From Tubulanus polymorphus (taxonomy: Eukaryota > Animalia > Nemertea), in assembly GCF_964204645.1 (NCBI RefSeq), contig NC_134031.1, positions 17,843,807 to 17,907,806 of the forward strand: 64,000 bases of DNA, written 5' to 3'. A model generated the notes under the pieces. That model saw only the letters and a list, made by a program, of their open reading frames with translations. It did no database searches and was not told where the DNA came from. This document shows, one piece after another, positions 26,699 through 37,900 of the stretch. A program made the position numbers and the translations under genes. The stretch's first letter is position 1. Every line of letters begins with the position of its first letter.

Positions 26699-28023
26699 AC
26701 TTTATCCTGCACAGGGCACCTTTTCATGGCCTCTGAATATTCAACAGATCCCCATGCAGCTATGCCCTACACTTGATGAAATGTCGTTAGACTGTAATTC
26801 TTGAAGGCAGAAATCTGTTTTGAAATTGTTCATTGACAGAATATAGACGGAAATACGATGAAAAGGACACTCTCTGGAGGAAAGGGAACTATTTCCAATA
26901 ACCACTGTATTTCGAAATAGACTGAACACAATCTGGATCCGCGCTTGTATACGTATGTATGGACTCACAAATGACTTTCAGTGATGTACACAGCTTTTTG
27001 ATATTCATGAATGACAGATGTGAAAGTGATTCGAATGACTCAAATCTTTAGTACACGTCCAAACAATATGTAACTAATTCTGTGGAAGAGAATAACGGAA
27101 ATCCTTAACGAATTTCCTGGAAATATATTGAAAGACTCATTCTTTCTGAACCAGGTTTCTGAGCACTCATCAGTCTGATCAGCATTCTCTCTGTTTTGTT
27201 ATCAAATTCCCACTAAATCATGTATGAACTGTCAGTTGGAAACTCATGCAAGTATATATTGAGGGTTTCAGCCGCTTTCGCAGAAACTCATATTCGTTGT
27301 ATTGTGTTTTATGCAACGCGGAAGGAAATGCGACAGAATATATCTGGAGAATATGGAGCATAGTTACGTACGTCATTTTCTACATGCGCAGTGATATTTT
27401 TGGGCTACGTGATGTGATCATCGGATGTAAATACATATCACGTGGTTGGTACTACGTCACAGATCACTTGACACCTACGCAAACACGGGAGGTGTGTCAA
27501 TATTGTACGTTCGCTATTGGTTAATAAGTGGGTGTTGTCGGGTATGTGTGTGTGCGTGTGCGTATAGTCACGTTGACATTATTATTTATGATGAAAATAT
27601 ATAATATACATAATATGTACGGTGGGATTTTTTATTACAATAGCTTTAGATAGATTTTCAGAATACCCCTTCTTCCTCATTCGTATATAAATCCGTTAGG
27701 ACTATCGGAATTATCTATTAAGTAGATTCGATGACGTCCATCCGATGTGTTCCTCAGTTTTCCAGTCCGGGGAGAATTTCTTAAGATTCGCCATTCAACT
27801 GATTAAATCGAGTTTTATAATCATACACTCTAGAGAAATGACCATAACGAAAGACGCCTTTTTCTTTCGTGTGAATTCGGATTCCGTTTTATCATTCATT
27901 TCTTTTTACAGGATCTCAAATAACATATCACTACGCAGGATTGAGTAGTTTTTATAATACGAAACTAGATGTCGCACGCGTCTGGGGAGGTGTCGCCTTC
28001 ATGACGACTGACTAGAGCACGTC

Positions 28024-29645
28024 ATGCATTCCAAATATCATTCGGGATTCCGATTGATTTGCGTAGTAGTGTTTCTCTACTATTCATTTTTATTAACATG
28101 GCAAGGATTAGTAGTTTTCATGTTCCTTTTAGGTACGTGTCCAAGCTTAAGACGGGTGGGGTGAGATCGTGGAGTCGGTATGCTCTGTCGGAATTTCGGC
28201 TGGGCCCTGTCTGTCATGTCAAATATAAATTCGAAATGAATATATTCATTATTTACAGCATCTGTATATATTTCCCGGACAGAAAGTACAAATACTCGAA
28301 AAGACAAAAAGAATCCGTTACGTCAGAATATTACCGGCGAAGTTACTCTATTGGACGCCACGAGGCGGCGAATCGATGCGGAAATCGCCAGATTTGTGAC
28401 ATACGATGGCAAATCTGCGAACAGTTTGTCGCGTTTTGACGAAATAAAATTCAACTCTGAATGCATTTTTGCAGCAAAAGCCCGACTTTGGGGCAGCTCT
28501 GATTGGCTTTCAGAGTTACCGTTAGAAGAAAATATTCACAGGTAAATCTACGTACGACGCCGGATCAAGGCCGGTGGCCGCGCGGGAAATATGATTCACC
28601 TTCTTTCGCGTGACGTAGGCCTTTGTTAATTTGGTATATATATATATTTTTTTTCTTATTCAGATTATTGCCAACATTTTTGTTATTCGTACTAAGCTGT
28701 CCGGAGCTTGGTTTGGATGGATTTCTAGTTGAGTTACCCGGTTCTTACTGTTGCGATATCCAGGTATAGAAACAGTGTTTTTTTAAAACCACAGCTGGGC
28801 CTGGTGCAAAGTTCTTATGACCCCAAAAATGTTATGGTCAGGTCGCATTATGAATTTTTGGTAATATATATACTATTTGAGGGATCATTTACGCCTGTTT
28901 TGATGAATTTAGCCAGTTTTGTATGGGAGTGAAGTAGAACTACAACACTCTTTCTGGGGCAACTATACCGACCTATAGGTTCTTTGGGAGAGGGGGATGA
29001 AATGAACTTTGTTTAAGCAGTTGATATATTATATATCAACTGCATGTAGGCAGATTTAGAAATATGGTGGATCCTTATAGATTCTTATATTTGGTGGAAA
29101 TTCTTATCAGTATAAAGTATGATCATGGGATGCTCTGCATCACGTTTGAACAAGATTATCATTTGTGTTGGTTTTCATATTGTTTTCAGATATTTTCGGA
29201 CACTGTACGACGTGTTTTGAAAGTGATGTCCGACGAGGACCCACGCGGAGTTCGCTGCATGGACAAATCCTACATCGGGGGTCGGGGTTGGGTTTTCGAG
29301 TTTAACAAAATGACATTTTTCGTGACGACATTTGCTCCGTTTTATCCGGAGACGCACTCGCGATATTCGTTCGGGTGTAGAGATCACGGGTACATCCTTT
29401 TTCAACCAGAACTGTCTTTTGCTCGCAAAGATCTGCCGACCTACACGCCTGTTACTAATTGGAATAATCCTCGCACCATCCGTGATCGTATTCGCGTGGC
29501 GTTCCGAGACGCCGGTCGTCCTTATCCGACACACGAGGTTCCCTTAGTGGAAGAAATAGTTAGACCTGTGGATTCTTGTGATCAGATTAAATGGTGGAAT
29601 CATTTTCCCCCTGACCAGTTCTCTGGCCTCTCAGACACTTATTGA
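28024..29645 (+). CDS. YqcI/YcgG-family (DcsA/GntA-like heme-binding) protein with an N-terminal hydrophobic anchor, ~315 aa; exons 28024-28132, 28259-28541, 28664-28763, 29190-29645
   Basis: Three GT-AG introns (phases 1, 2, 0) give one ORF. Motifs ECIFA, DGFLVELP, RRVLKVMSDED, WVFEFNKMTFFV, APFYPETHSR, ILFQPELSF and IRDRIR occur in the same order as the remembered YqcI/YcgG pattern. AATAAA lies at 29704. Confidence 0.75.
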
Positions 29646-29966
29646 CACCGGGTCAATCATATAGTTTTTTTATTGTAGCCTATACATTTTTATCATAATC
29701 TTGAATAAATAAGATGGAAAAACGAAATACAGCGCGAGCACTTCCTTTTTATCTCCTCGTGAATCTGGACCGCGTAGGCCAACCGCAGTTAACAAAAAGA
29801 TAAATATTGGTAATGTTCAGCTGATTCGATCATGTTTTATCTCACCAGGTATCTGAAGCGTTACGCATAATATTGTGTTAAAAATTATGGTCCATTTAAT
29901 TAGTGAACAGTCTTTTACTGAGTAATTTTCTAAAGGCCACAACGGCATAATGCGACATCGGGTCAT

Positions 29967-30114
29967 ATATTGACCGTTAAGTGCTGCCCCATGATTTGTC
30001 ATTAGCGGCGAACATGTGAACTCACAATATTCTTACTGCGGCGCGCGAGTAATATCCTAGTTCGTGTATTCGCCGTCAACGTTATGTATAGGGGCAGCAC
30101 TTGACGGTTGATAT
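29967..30114 (+). other. 148-nt imperfect hairpin (structured RNA or palindromic MITE) between the YqcI-like gene and Ro60
   Basis: 24-bp outer stem (29967-29990/30091-30114) and 18-bp inner stem (30005-30022/30059-30076). Confidence 0.7.
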
Positions 30115-30452
30115 GGTGCAAGATTCGACGTTACGCCGTTGATACGATAGTTCCAGCAGTTGCGTAACGTTTGGTAACGCTGTAGTTTGTTGACCAGTTG
30201 ACAAACCACACGTAAGTGTAGAACTTGAAGTGACGAAAAATTTGTTGCAAGATTAGTGGGAAGGCCTCTCTGAGTCTCTCTATCTTATCTAACGATTTTG
30301 TGAGGCTAACGCCAACGTTGGTTAACACCACGGAATTGACATTTAGATTTAGATAATGTAAGTTTTGTCACTTTAAAACAGCCAGAGTTGATGTAACTGA
30401 CAATTTTCTTTCTTATATTTCACTTTTGTCTTATCTGAAGTCAATCGTGAAT

Positions 30453-32159
30453 ATGGAAGGTGGTATCAATAATGTAGCAGCTGAGATGGATTTGGATCGG
30501 CCGAGTGGAGATCAAATACCGCAAAGTCAACCGATTGATGCGACGCAAGTCGTAAATCTAGCCGGAGGTTTCGTTTGGCAGATCGACGGAATATCGCGCC
30601 TTCGTCGTTTCATATGTCTCGGATGCGAGGGCGGGACGTACTACGCGTCCCAGAAAGAACTGACGATCGAGAATATCCAATCGATTAAGAAATTAGTTTC
30701 CGGCGGACGAGGTCTCGACGTCGTACGCGAGATCGAACAGTTCAGCCTCGAGGGCAGAACGGCGAAACAGGATAATATATTATTCGTTTTAGCGTACTGC
30801 GCTCGGCAAACGGAAGATCGAGATACGAAAATCGCCGCGTACGAAGCGTTGCCGAAAATATGTCGCATACCGACGCATTTGTTCGCGTTCGTCGGCTTCG
30901 CGGAGAAGCTGAGTAAATCGGGCGAAGGTAAAGAGACTACGGGTTGGGGTCGAGCCCACCGCCGGGCTATCGCCAACTGGTATACGAGATACGCGAATGC
31001 TCCCGCAAAGTTAGCGATGCACGTTACGAAATACAAAAATCGAAATGGTTGGACGCATTTCGATTTGTTCCGGTTATCCCACGTGAAGACCGATCGCGCC
31101 GAACTGGGCGCTATTTTCAGATACGTCGTTAAGGGTTTAGGAGCGGCTAAAGAGCAATTCCTGAAAGAGCCGGCCGCAGCAACGCCGGCGCTTCTAGAAA
31201 TATTCAAATTCCTGCAAGCCGTCGAAGATACGAAAACTGTCGACGCGGAAAACGTCGACAAAATCGTCAGTTTGATCGAGGAAAATCATCTCGTGCGCGA
31301 GCATATTCCGACCCAGTTCTTGAAGTCGATAGAAGTTTGGCGCGTATTGTTGAGAGATATGCCGATGACGGCTTTGATGAGAAATCTGGCGAAAATGACG
31401 AGCATCGGGCTGCTGAAACCCGGAGCTGAAGAGACGGCGCAAGTCGTCCTGAAACTTAGCGATGACGATAAGATAAAAGAAGCGCGTATCCATCCGTTTA
31501 ATGTATTGAACGCTTTGTTGACGTATCGTAGTTGTAAAGGCGCGAAGGGAAGTCTGAAGTGGCAAGCGTGCCCCGAAATCGAGCAGGCGCTCGACGATAT
31601 GTTCTACAAAGCGTTTAAATTCGTCGAGCCGACCGGCAAACGGTTTTTACTCGCGGTCGACGTCAGCGGTTCGATGACGGTTTGTAACGTGATCGGATCG
31701 GCGGCGATGACGTCGTATCAGGCGGCGGCTGCTATGATGATGACGACGCTCCGCACCGAAAGCAACTGCGAAGTCTGCGCGTTCGATACGACTCTGACGC
31801 CGATGAAAGTGAAACCCGAATTTAAACTACCCGAGACGATGCTCGCGTTCGAAGGTTTCCTGTGCGGAAATACGGATTGCGCGGCGCCGATGTTGTACGC
31901 GCTGGAACACAAGAAAGAAGTCGACGTTTTCGTCATTTATACCGATAATGATACCTGGTACGGCGACATTCATCCGGCCGCCGCGTTACGCAATTACCGT
32001 AAAGAAATGGGAATCTACGACGCGAAGTTGATCGTTACGGCATTCTCAGCTTCCGAATTCTCGATCGCCGATCCCGAGGATCCGGGAATGCTCGATATCG
32101 CCGGATTTGATTCCGGGGCACCGGAAACAATGAGGCAATTCGTTCTCGGTAATATTTAG
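30453..32159 (+). CDS. RO60: Ro60 / TROVE2 RNA-binding protein, 568 aa, single coding exon; probable 5'-UTR intron 30358-30440
   Basis: Motifs RLRRFICLGCEGGTYY, CRIPTHLFAF, GWGRAHRRAIANWY, TKYKNRNGWTH, HLVREH, MPMTALMRNL, ARIHPF, the vWA MIDAS LAVDVSGSM, TDND and DPGMLDIAGFD. Confidence 0.96.
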   Translation: MEGGINNVAAEMDLDRPSGDQIPQSQPIDATQVVNLAGGFVWQIDGISRLRRFICLGCEGGTYYASQKELTIENIQSIKKLVSGGRGLDVVREIEQFSLEGRTAKQDNILFVLAYCARQTEDRDTKIAAYEALPKICRIPTHLFAFVGFAEKLSKSGEGKETTGWGRAHRRAIANWYTRYANAPAKLAMHVTKYKNRNGWTHFDLFRLSHVKTDRAELGAIFRYVVKGLGAAKEQFLKEPAAATPALLEIFKFLQAVEDTKTVDAENVDKIVSLIEENHLVREHIPTQFLKSIEVWRVLLRDMPMTALMRNLAKMTSIGLLKPGAEETAQVVLKLSDDDKIKEARIHPFNVLNALLTYRSCKGAKGSLKWQACPEIEQALDDMFYKAFKFVEPTGKRFLLAVDVSGSMTVCNVIGSAAMTSYQAAAAMMMTTLRTESNCEVCAFDTTLTPMKVKPEFKLPETMLAFEGFLCGNTDCAAPMLYALEHKKEVDVFVIYTDNDTWYGDIHPAAALRNYRKEMGIYDAKLIVTAFSASEFSIADPEDPGMLDIAGFDSGAPETMRQFVLGNI

Positions 32160-33479
32160 AACTCTTGGATCGGGAATTATCTAGATATAATTAAAATAAT
32201 CTTGAAAATGATAAACTTTGCTATGGGACAGTGCTATTTGCTTTAGGCTTAATGTCTTATTTCAACTTTGCCTGAGAGGATGTTGGATGGTCTAGCTTAG
32301 TCAGTTTTTGTAATACACTGAAACAGGTCATAGTAGGACCAGCAAACTAAATCATCGATTTTTCATCCATTTCACATTGTATTGAAGTCTTCTATGAATG
32401 GGGTTGAAAAGAAAAAAGTGACTCCATAATTTCATGTATTCAACAATATGTTTCCATGCCTAAATACCATATTTTTTGATGATTTAAAAAAAACATTTAG
32501 TTGGAAGTATGGAGACCTTTCTCGACAATATGGAGTAGAATGGATTAATAATCAATATTATAGTTCAGCTTCCTTCTGGTGCTTTAATTAAAGACTGCAA
32601 AAACTGAATGAGTTAGGCCACCCGACATCCTCTCAAGCAAAGCTGAAATAGACATTACATTAGCTGTTAACTTTGCATCGCCAATGGTCGGATAGACGAT
32701 AAATAATTTATTTCATAAATCTTTTTATTTTATTTATATTGCAATACATGAATGATATTCAAATATACAAAGTATATATCGCACATGTGATCAAGATTGT
32801 TACTAAATTTTGTAATGGATAATGATGCTTACCGGATTAATCATTAGATGTCTGTCATAAAAAGATTTGGTCATCCAATGCCATTCTGTGTAGCGCTTGA
32901 TTAATTTTTAATGAATGAATATGTACAAATCCATGACTCTGATATGAGATATGAAAATTTTAGAAAGCTTGTTTGGAAGATTATGGTGCAAATAAAGGTA
33001 CGCTTTATAAATTCTTCATTTGTTTAATTTTGTTACCGGTATTTTATCTGAATTATTCTTCTGACTGTGAATGCTAGTGACAGTGAGAGGAAAAAAGGAT
33101 GAACCCCAAGCAGAATTGCGATCACATTTCTATTGGCTTCTTTTTCAGGGACTATAATCTGTGAGCTATCCCTTTGTGAAAAAGCTGCAATATGTTTGCT
33201 TGAAATTTCCAGGGGCTTTTCGCAAGAGATGATACTAAATGATAGAGGATATTACCAGGCATTAGGGGGGGGGGGGGGTTAGGGCCCAAATGACATCATT
33301 TTCACATAGAAAATAAGCCATTTCGTCAAAGAGTATTTTTGTCAAAAGTTAAGCTTGTTGACTTTGAGTCCCTCCCTGATAATTGCAGAAACAAAACTTT
33401 TTGGGAGGGGTACGAAGCAGCGCCTAGGGCGATACGATATTTATAAATATTCGAGTGAGTGGGGTTCGAACCCGTTCAG

Positions 33480-33629
33480 TCGCTGATTAGAGCTGGTGAA
33501 CTCAAGTGTGTAGTCAACCAATCAGCGTTCAGCGCCGCCATTGCCCTCTAAATTTGACTGGTCTGAAGTTATGCGGAAGTGATAAATATTTTAGTGAGTT
33601 AAACGTTATTTTTCGGTGTTGTGTCTTAG
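33480..33629 (+). promoter_or_regulatory. Probable KIF14 promoter and non-coding first exon
   Basis: CCAATCAG at ~33518 with an opposed CTGATTAG, and a donor TTAG|GTAAGA at 33629/33630. The acceptor at 34979 lies just before the ATG. Confidence 0.45.
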
Positions 33630-34990
33630 GTAAGAATTGATCTTTGTTTTCCGTATCGAACCTTTACACTAATTGGTTCTCAAAAGATATATTTCACTTG
33701 CTAATCTGCGTAGATTTATCTGAAATGAAGCCACAAAAGTGCAATACAATTCTGTTTTATTGAGGCAAATAGTTACATTACATGGATAATAATTTTTTTG
33801 CCTTGACTGGTCTGCTAGTGCTGGATGGCTTGGCTATTATCAGTATAATAAAAAGTGTGTGAGGAGAATTAGATGTATTTCACCTTCTTCAGTTTCCTCT
33901 GGTTCTGGTGGTATAGGCCCCTATTTAAACTAAAAAACGGTTATTACTATATAAAATCAAATCGGTTTGTGCTAAGCTTATAGAGTGATAGTGATGACAA
34001 AGTCTTGTGTCACTCCTCAATGCCTTCAATCAATTGACTCATTTATTACCTGCTGCACTAATTGACATCAGTTGACAAGTTTTACTACAATAGGCTCAGA
34101 CTGATCAATCAATAAACGCTTTTGAACAATCATACACAGACAGGTCAGGATTTATTTGATGAACTGTTTGACACTATCATTCATTGTTCCCTTTGACTAC
34201 TTATGTTTATATATGAGATTTAATTCGCGCTTAATTGCTTCAGATTTTCTGTTAAAAATAGTTTACAATAGGGATAATTCATACACTTGTTTCATTAGGA
34301 CAAATCCCTTTTTGTTACAATATTTTATCTAATATTACATCGACTGAGTTTGTGTGAGGAATGACGATGTTTTAGTTAGCTCCAAGTCCTAAGCTTTTAG
34401 GATTGTAAAATAATGATAGTTACAACTGGTTAGTAATTATTCTGATTTTACGTGTTGTAAGAATGCTTAAATGCAGGATGGCCACTGACCTGGAAAATTC
34501 AGGGAATCAGAAATATCTAGAAATAATCGGAGAAAATCCAGGGAATTTGGCAAATTTTGTAAAAACCTGGAAAATTCGGGGAATTTGGATTGTTGTTGAC
34601 CACGCATATCTGAATCAGTATGTGATTAATGAATAATGAATAAATCGTTACATTCTAAATCAAGAAATACTCGGGATAACATGGAAAATCGGCAAAAACT
34701 GTGGGAATTTGTGAATTGGTGGAAAGTAGCCAGCCTGTTGTATGTATAAAGTGGTAGTATTGAAAATATGTGAAGGCCTATACTATTACTGTGGCTATTG
34801 TTGTATGAAATGCCCTGTTGTTATCAATCAGTGTACAACTACTCTCGACTGCTACCCGGGAATTGTTCACACTTTACGAAACACGCATTTCATTTCCTAC
34901 GAACATGATCTCAATATCATAGCCCGTCGTCGTCGACGACGCAATTAAATACAGCGATATATAGTTGCATTCTCTTCAGATTCATCATCG

Positions 34991-37900
34991 ATGAATATCG
35001 GAAACCGGACGAAAAACGGTACCAAGCGATCGCAGCAATTCGACGAGCCGAACGACGATATGACGAGTAAAACGGATAACCACAATAAACGTCTCAAATC
35101 GGTGAAGTTTAATCACGAAGTTTACGAGACGTCGTTCGGCGGAACGGAAACCGTCACCAGAATGCGTCTGTCGTTGGATAATAATCCGCGCACGTCGACT
35201 CCGGACGTCGTCGAAGAGGAATTCATGGATGGTTCGTTGAATTCGGAGAACGACGCGGCGATATCCGATCTGACGGTCGTGGCTCGCGTCGAGGACGACT
35301 CGGCGTTATTCGCGTCGGAAACCGAAACCGAAGAAGAGGAGATCGAGTTCGCTCTTCCGGCGCCGCCGGCACCCGCGTTGAAACCGTCGAGGATTAAAAT
35401 ACCGCCGGCGTTTTGTAGCTTATCGACGTCTAAATTACCGTCGTCGACCGAAGCGCCCTCTACTCCCGTCAGTAAGATTCGTAAATCGTACCCGGATTTC
35501 TGTTCGTCGGTAGCGAGTACGCCCGACTGTTTCACGGCCGTTCAGATGGGCACGCCGTTGCCGAAGTCGAAAAAACGCCGCAGCAACGCGACGATCGATA
35601 CGGCGGAACTCGGCGAGGATCGCTGCAGCGTGACGGTCGCCGTGCGCGTTCGTCCGTTCAGTAAACGCGAACTAGAACGTTCGGACGTTCGAAACGTCGT
35701 CTCGATGACGAACAACGAAACGTGCGTGATGGCCGACACCGGCGTCAAATATCGTTTTCTCTACGATTTCTCGTTCTGGTCGTTCGACGAGAAAAAGGGA
35801 AATTCGTACGCCGGTCAGGAGTACGTTTATAACACGGTCGCCGAGCCGCAATTAGCGAAAGCGTTCGAGGGATACAACACGTGTTTGTTCGCGTACGGGC
35901 AGACGGGCAGCGGTAAGAGTTACTGCATCACCGGACACGGCGACGACCGCGGAATCATTCCGCGATTCGGCGACGATCTGTTTCGACGACGCGATCTGAA
36001 AGTCGACGCCGAACGAATGAAAATCAACGTCGAAATAAGTTTCTTCGAGATTTACAACGAGAAAATACACGACCTTCTCGCGCCGAGCGGCGATAATACA
36101 TGCGCGAATAAACAAGGCAGTAAACACGTGGTAAGCTTCGGTTTCTTTGAAGATTCGTTTTGACTGAAATATTCTAACAGCTAATTTTGAATTTGAATTT
36201 AAAGAGAATAAATGTTTTTTCTAGCTGCGCGTCAGAGAGCATCCAGTCCTCGGTCCATACGTAGAAGGTCTGTCTTCGTATGTGGTCAGTTCATTCGAAG
36301 ACATGCAGGTTAGTATGACAAGTGTTCTCCATATGCTGGGATTTTAAAGGTTCTACAAATGTTTTCGATCCACAGAGCAAAATATAGGACCCAGTTCCAC
36401 AGTCGTGAGTTAGAGTTAGTTCATTTTCAATGAGTTAACCCAGAGTCAAATCTTAACTCAGAACTGTGGAACTGGGCCCAGATAATGAAGCTAAATTTTT
36501 TGTGTTATTTTCTATTCTTTACATGAATTAGCTCAATATATTTCAAAGCGATTAACAGCATTGATAGACATCCACTCTGGTAGGGGCAGCAGATATTTTG
36601 TAAGGGGTGGCTCATTTTCAGAGTAGTGGATATAGAAACTAAAATGGATGTTATTTTATTGTTAGGTCCAATTTTATTATATATGTATGTGTGTGTTGGA
36701 TTTTTTTTCAGACGTGGTTGAATCTTGGCAATAAACAGCGAGCCACTGCTGCTACTGGTATGAATGATAAAAGCAGTCGCTCACATTCTGTATTCACAAT
36801 CATATTAACTCAAACAAGGGTAAGGTTTAGGTTGCAACTGTTTTATCTTTAGCAAAGTACAACAATAAAAACGAAATTAAATGTACAGGTTTTATTCACA
36901 ATTAAATAATTTGAGCCGTCTCTGAATGAACAATTTTCAGTCTGAAAATATCGAAGGAGAAGATCACGAACATTCGACGACCAGTAAAATAAACCTGATT
37001 GATCTCGCCGGCAGTGAACGTCAATCAACGGCGAAAACTTCTGGAGATCGATTGAAGGTATGGTTCATCGATTGAGATGCTCTTCGAGCTCTCAGTAGCG
37101 ATAGTTGAGCTTTCAAATTGAATCTAGAAAACCATACTCAAATGTGGAGAATAGATGATATAGTAATAAGAACCCCTATATACAGAATTTATTTGTTAAG
37201 TCAAAAATTTGAAGTTATAGATGTTTAAAACTCACTAGAGATGATGATCACTTGACAATGATTGTCATGTCAGTAAATAGTAAATAAATTCTTGATTTTG
37301 AAACTAACATCCGTACATGGTCGCTTTTATTTCAAATTGAAAATATTTTTGAAAAGTGAAAATATTTATTTATCAATTTAATAAAGCACTATGTTTTGAG
37401 TTTCATAAGGATTTGCTGAATTGCTCAACCGACCCTATCGTTTTGTATTTTAGGAAGGAGCCAGTATCAATAAATCGTTGTTGACATTGGGTAAAGTCAT
37501 CTCGACTCTGTCAGATTTAGCGACTTGTACGAATAGGAAACGCCTATTCATCCCGTACAGAGATTCCATTTTGACTTGGTGAGTCGATGAGATATATATA
37601 TATATATATATATTTACATGTACCATGTCGATATTTCAAAAACAGCTGGAATATCAATAATGGCTGGTTGTAAAAACAGATGATTTACCACTGACTAGCG
37701 CAATAAACACAGTTTTCATGTCGACAATAATTGCCTCGTGAAATATTTAATGCCGCAATTAAAACATCGTATCGAGTACACAAATTCAGATATATCTGAC
37801 ATAAATATAACTAGAATTGCATGCATTAAAAATGAACGAGTACACAAGTTCAGATATATCTGACATAGATATTACTCTATAGAATTGCATGCATTAAAAA

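Noticed and set aside
30641-31936. Antisense ORFs within Ro60, and similar ones in GLCE, KIF14 and the GPCR
   Set aside because: Shadow ORFs caused by the codon bias of the sense gene; they show no recognisable motifs.
28024-32159. YqcI-like plus Ro60 as a bacterial contaminant or a transferred operon
   Set aside because: The YqcI-like gene has three spliceosomal introns and its own AATAAA, Ro60 has a probable UTR intron, and both are embedded among animal genes and host repeats. Adjacency alone is not evidence of a shared pathway.
29650-33400. Canonical Y RNA gene next to Ro60
   Set aside because: No GGUCCGA...UUGAC stem followed by an oligo-T terminator was found on either strand by eye. 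A divergent Y RNA cannot be excluded without an Infernal search.
33455-33530. tRNA-like sequence on the minus strand (GGTTCGAACCC B-box plus A-box-like GCTGATTGG)
   Set aside because: The acceptor and anticodon stems do not pair. The A-box-like match is the CCAAT box of the KIF14 promoter, and a similar GGGGTTCGAAC occurs in a repeat end at ~51580.
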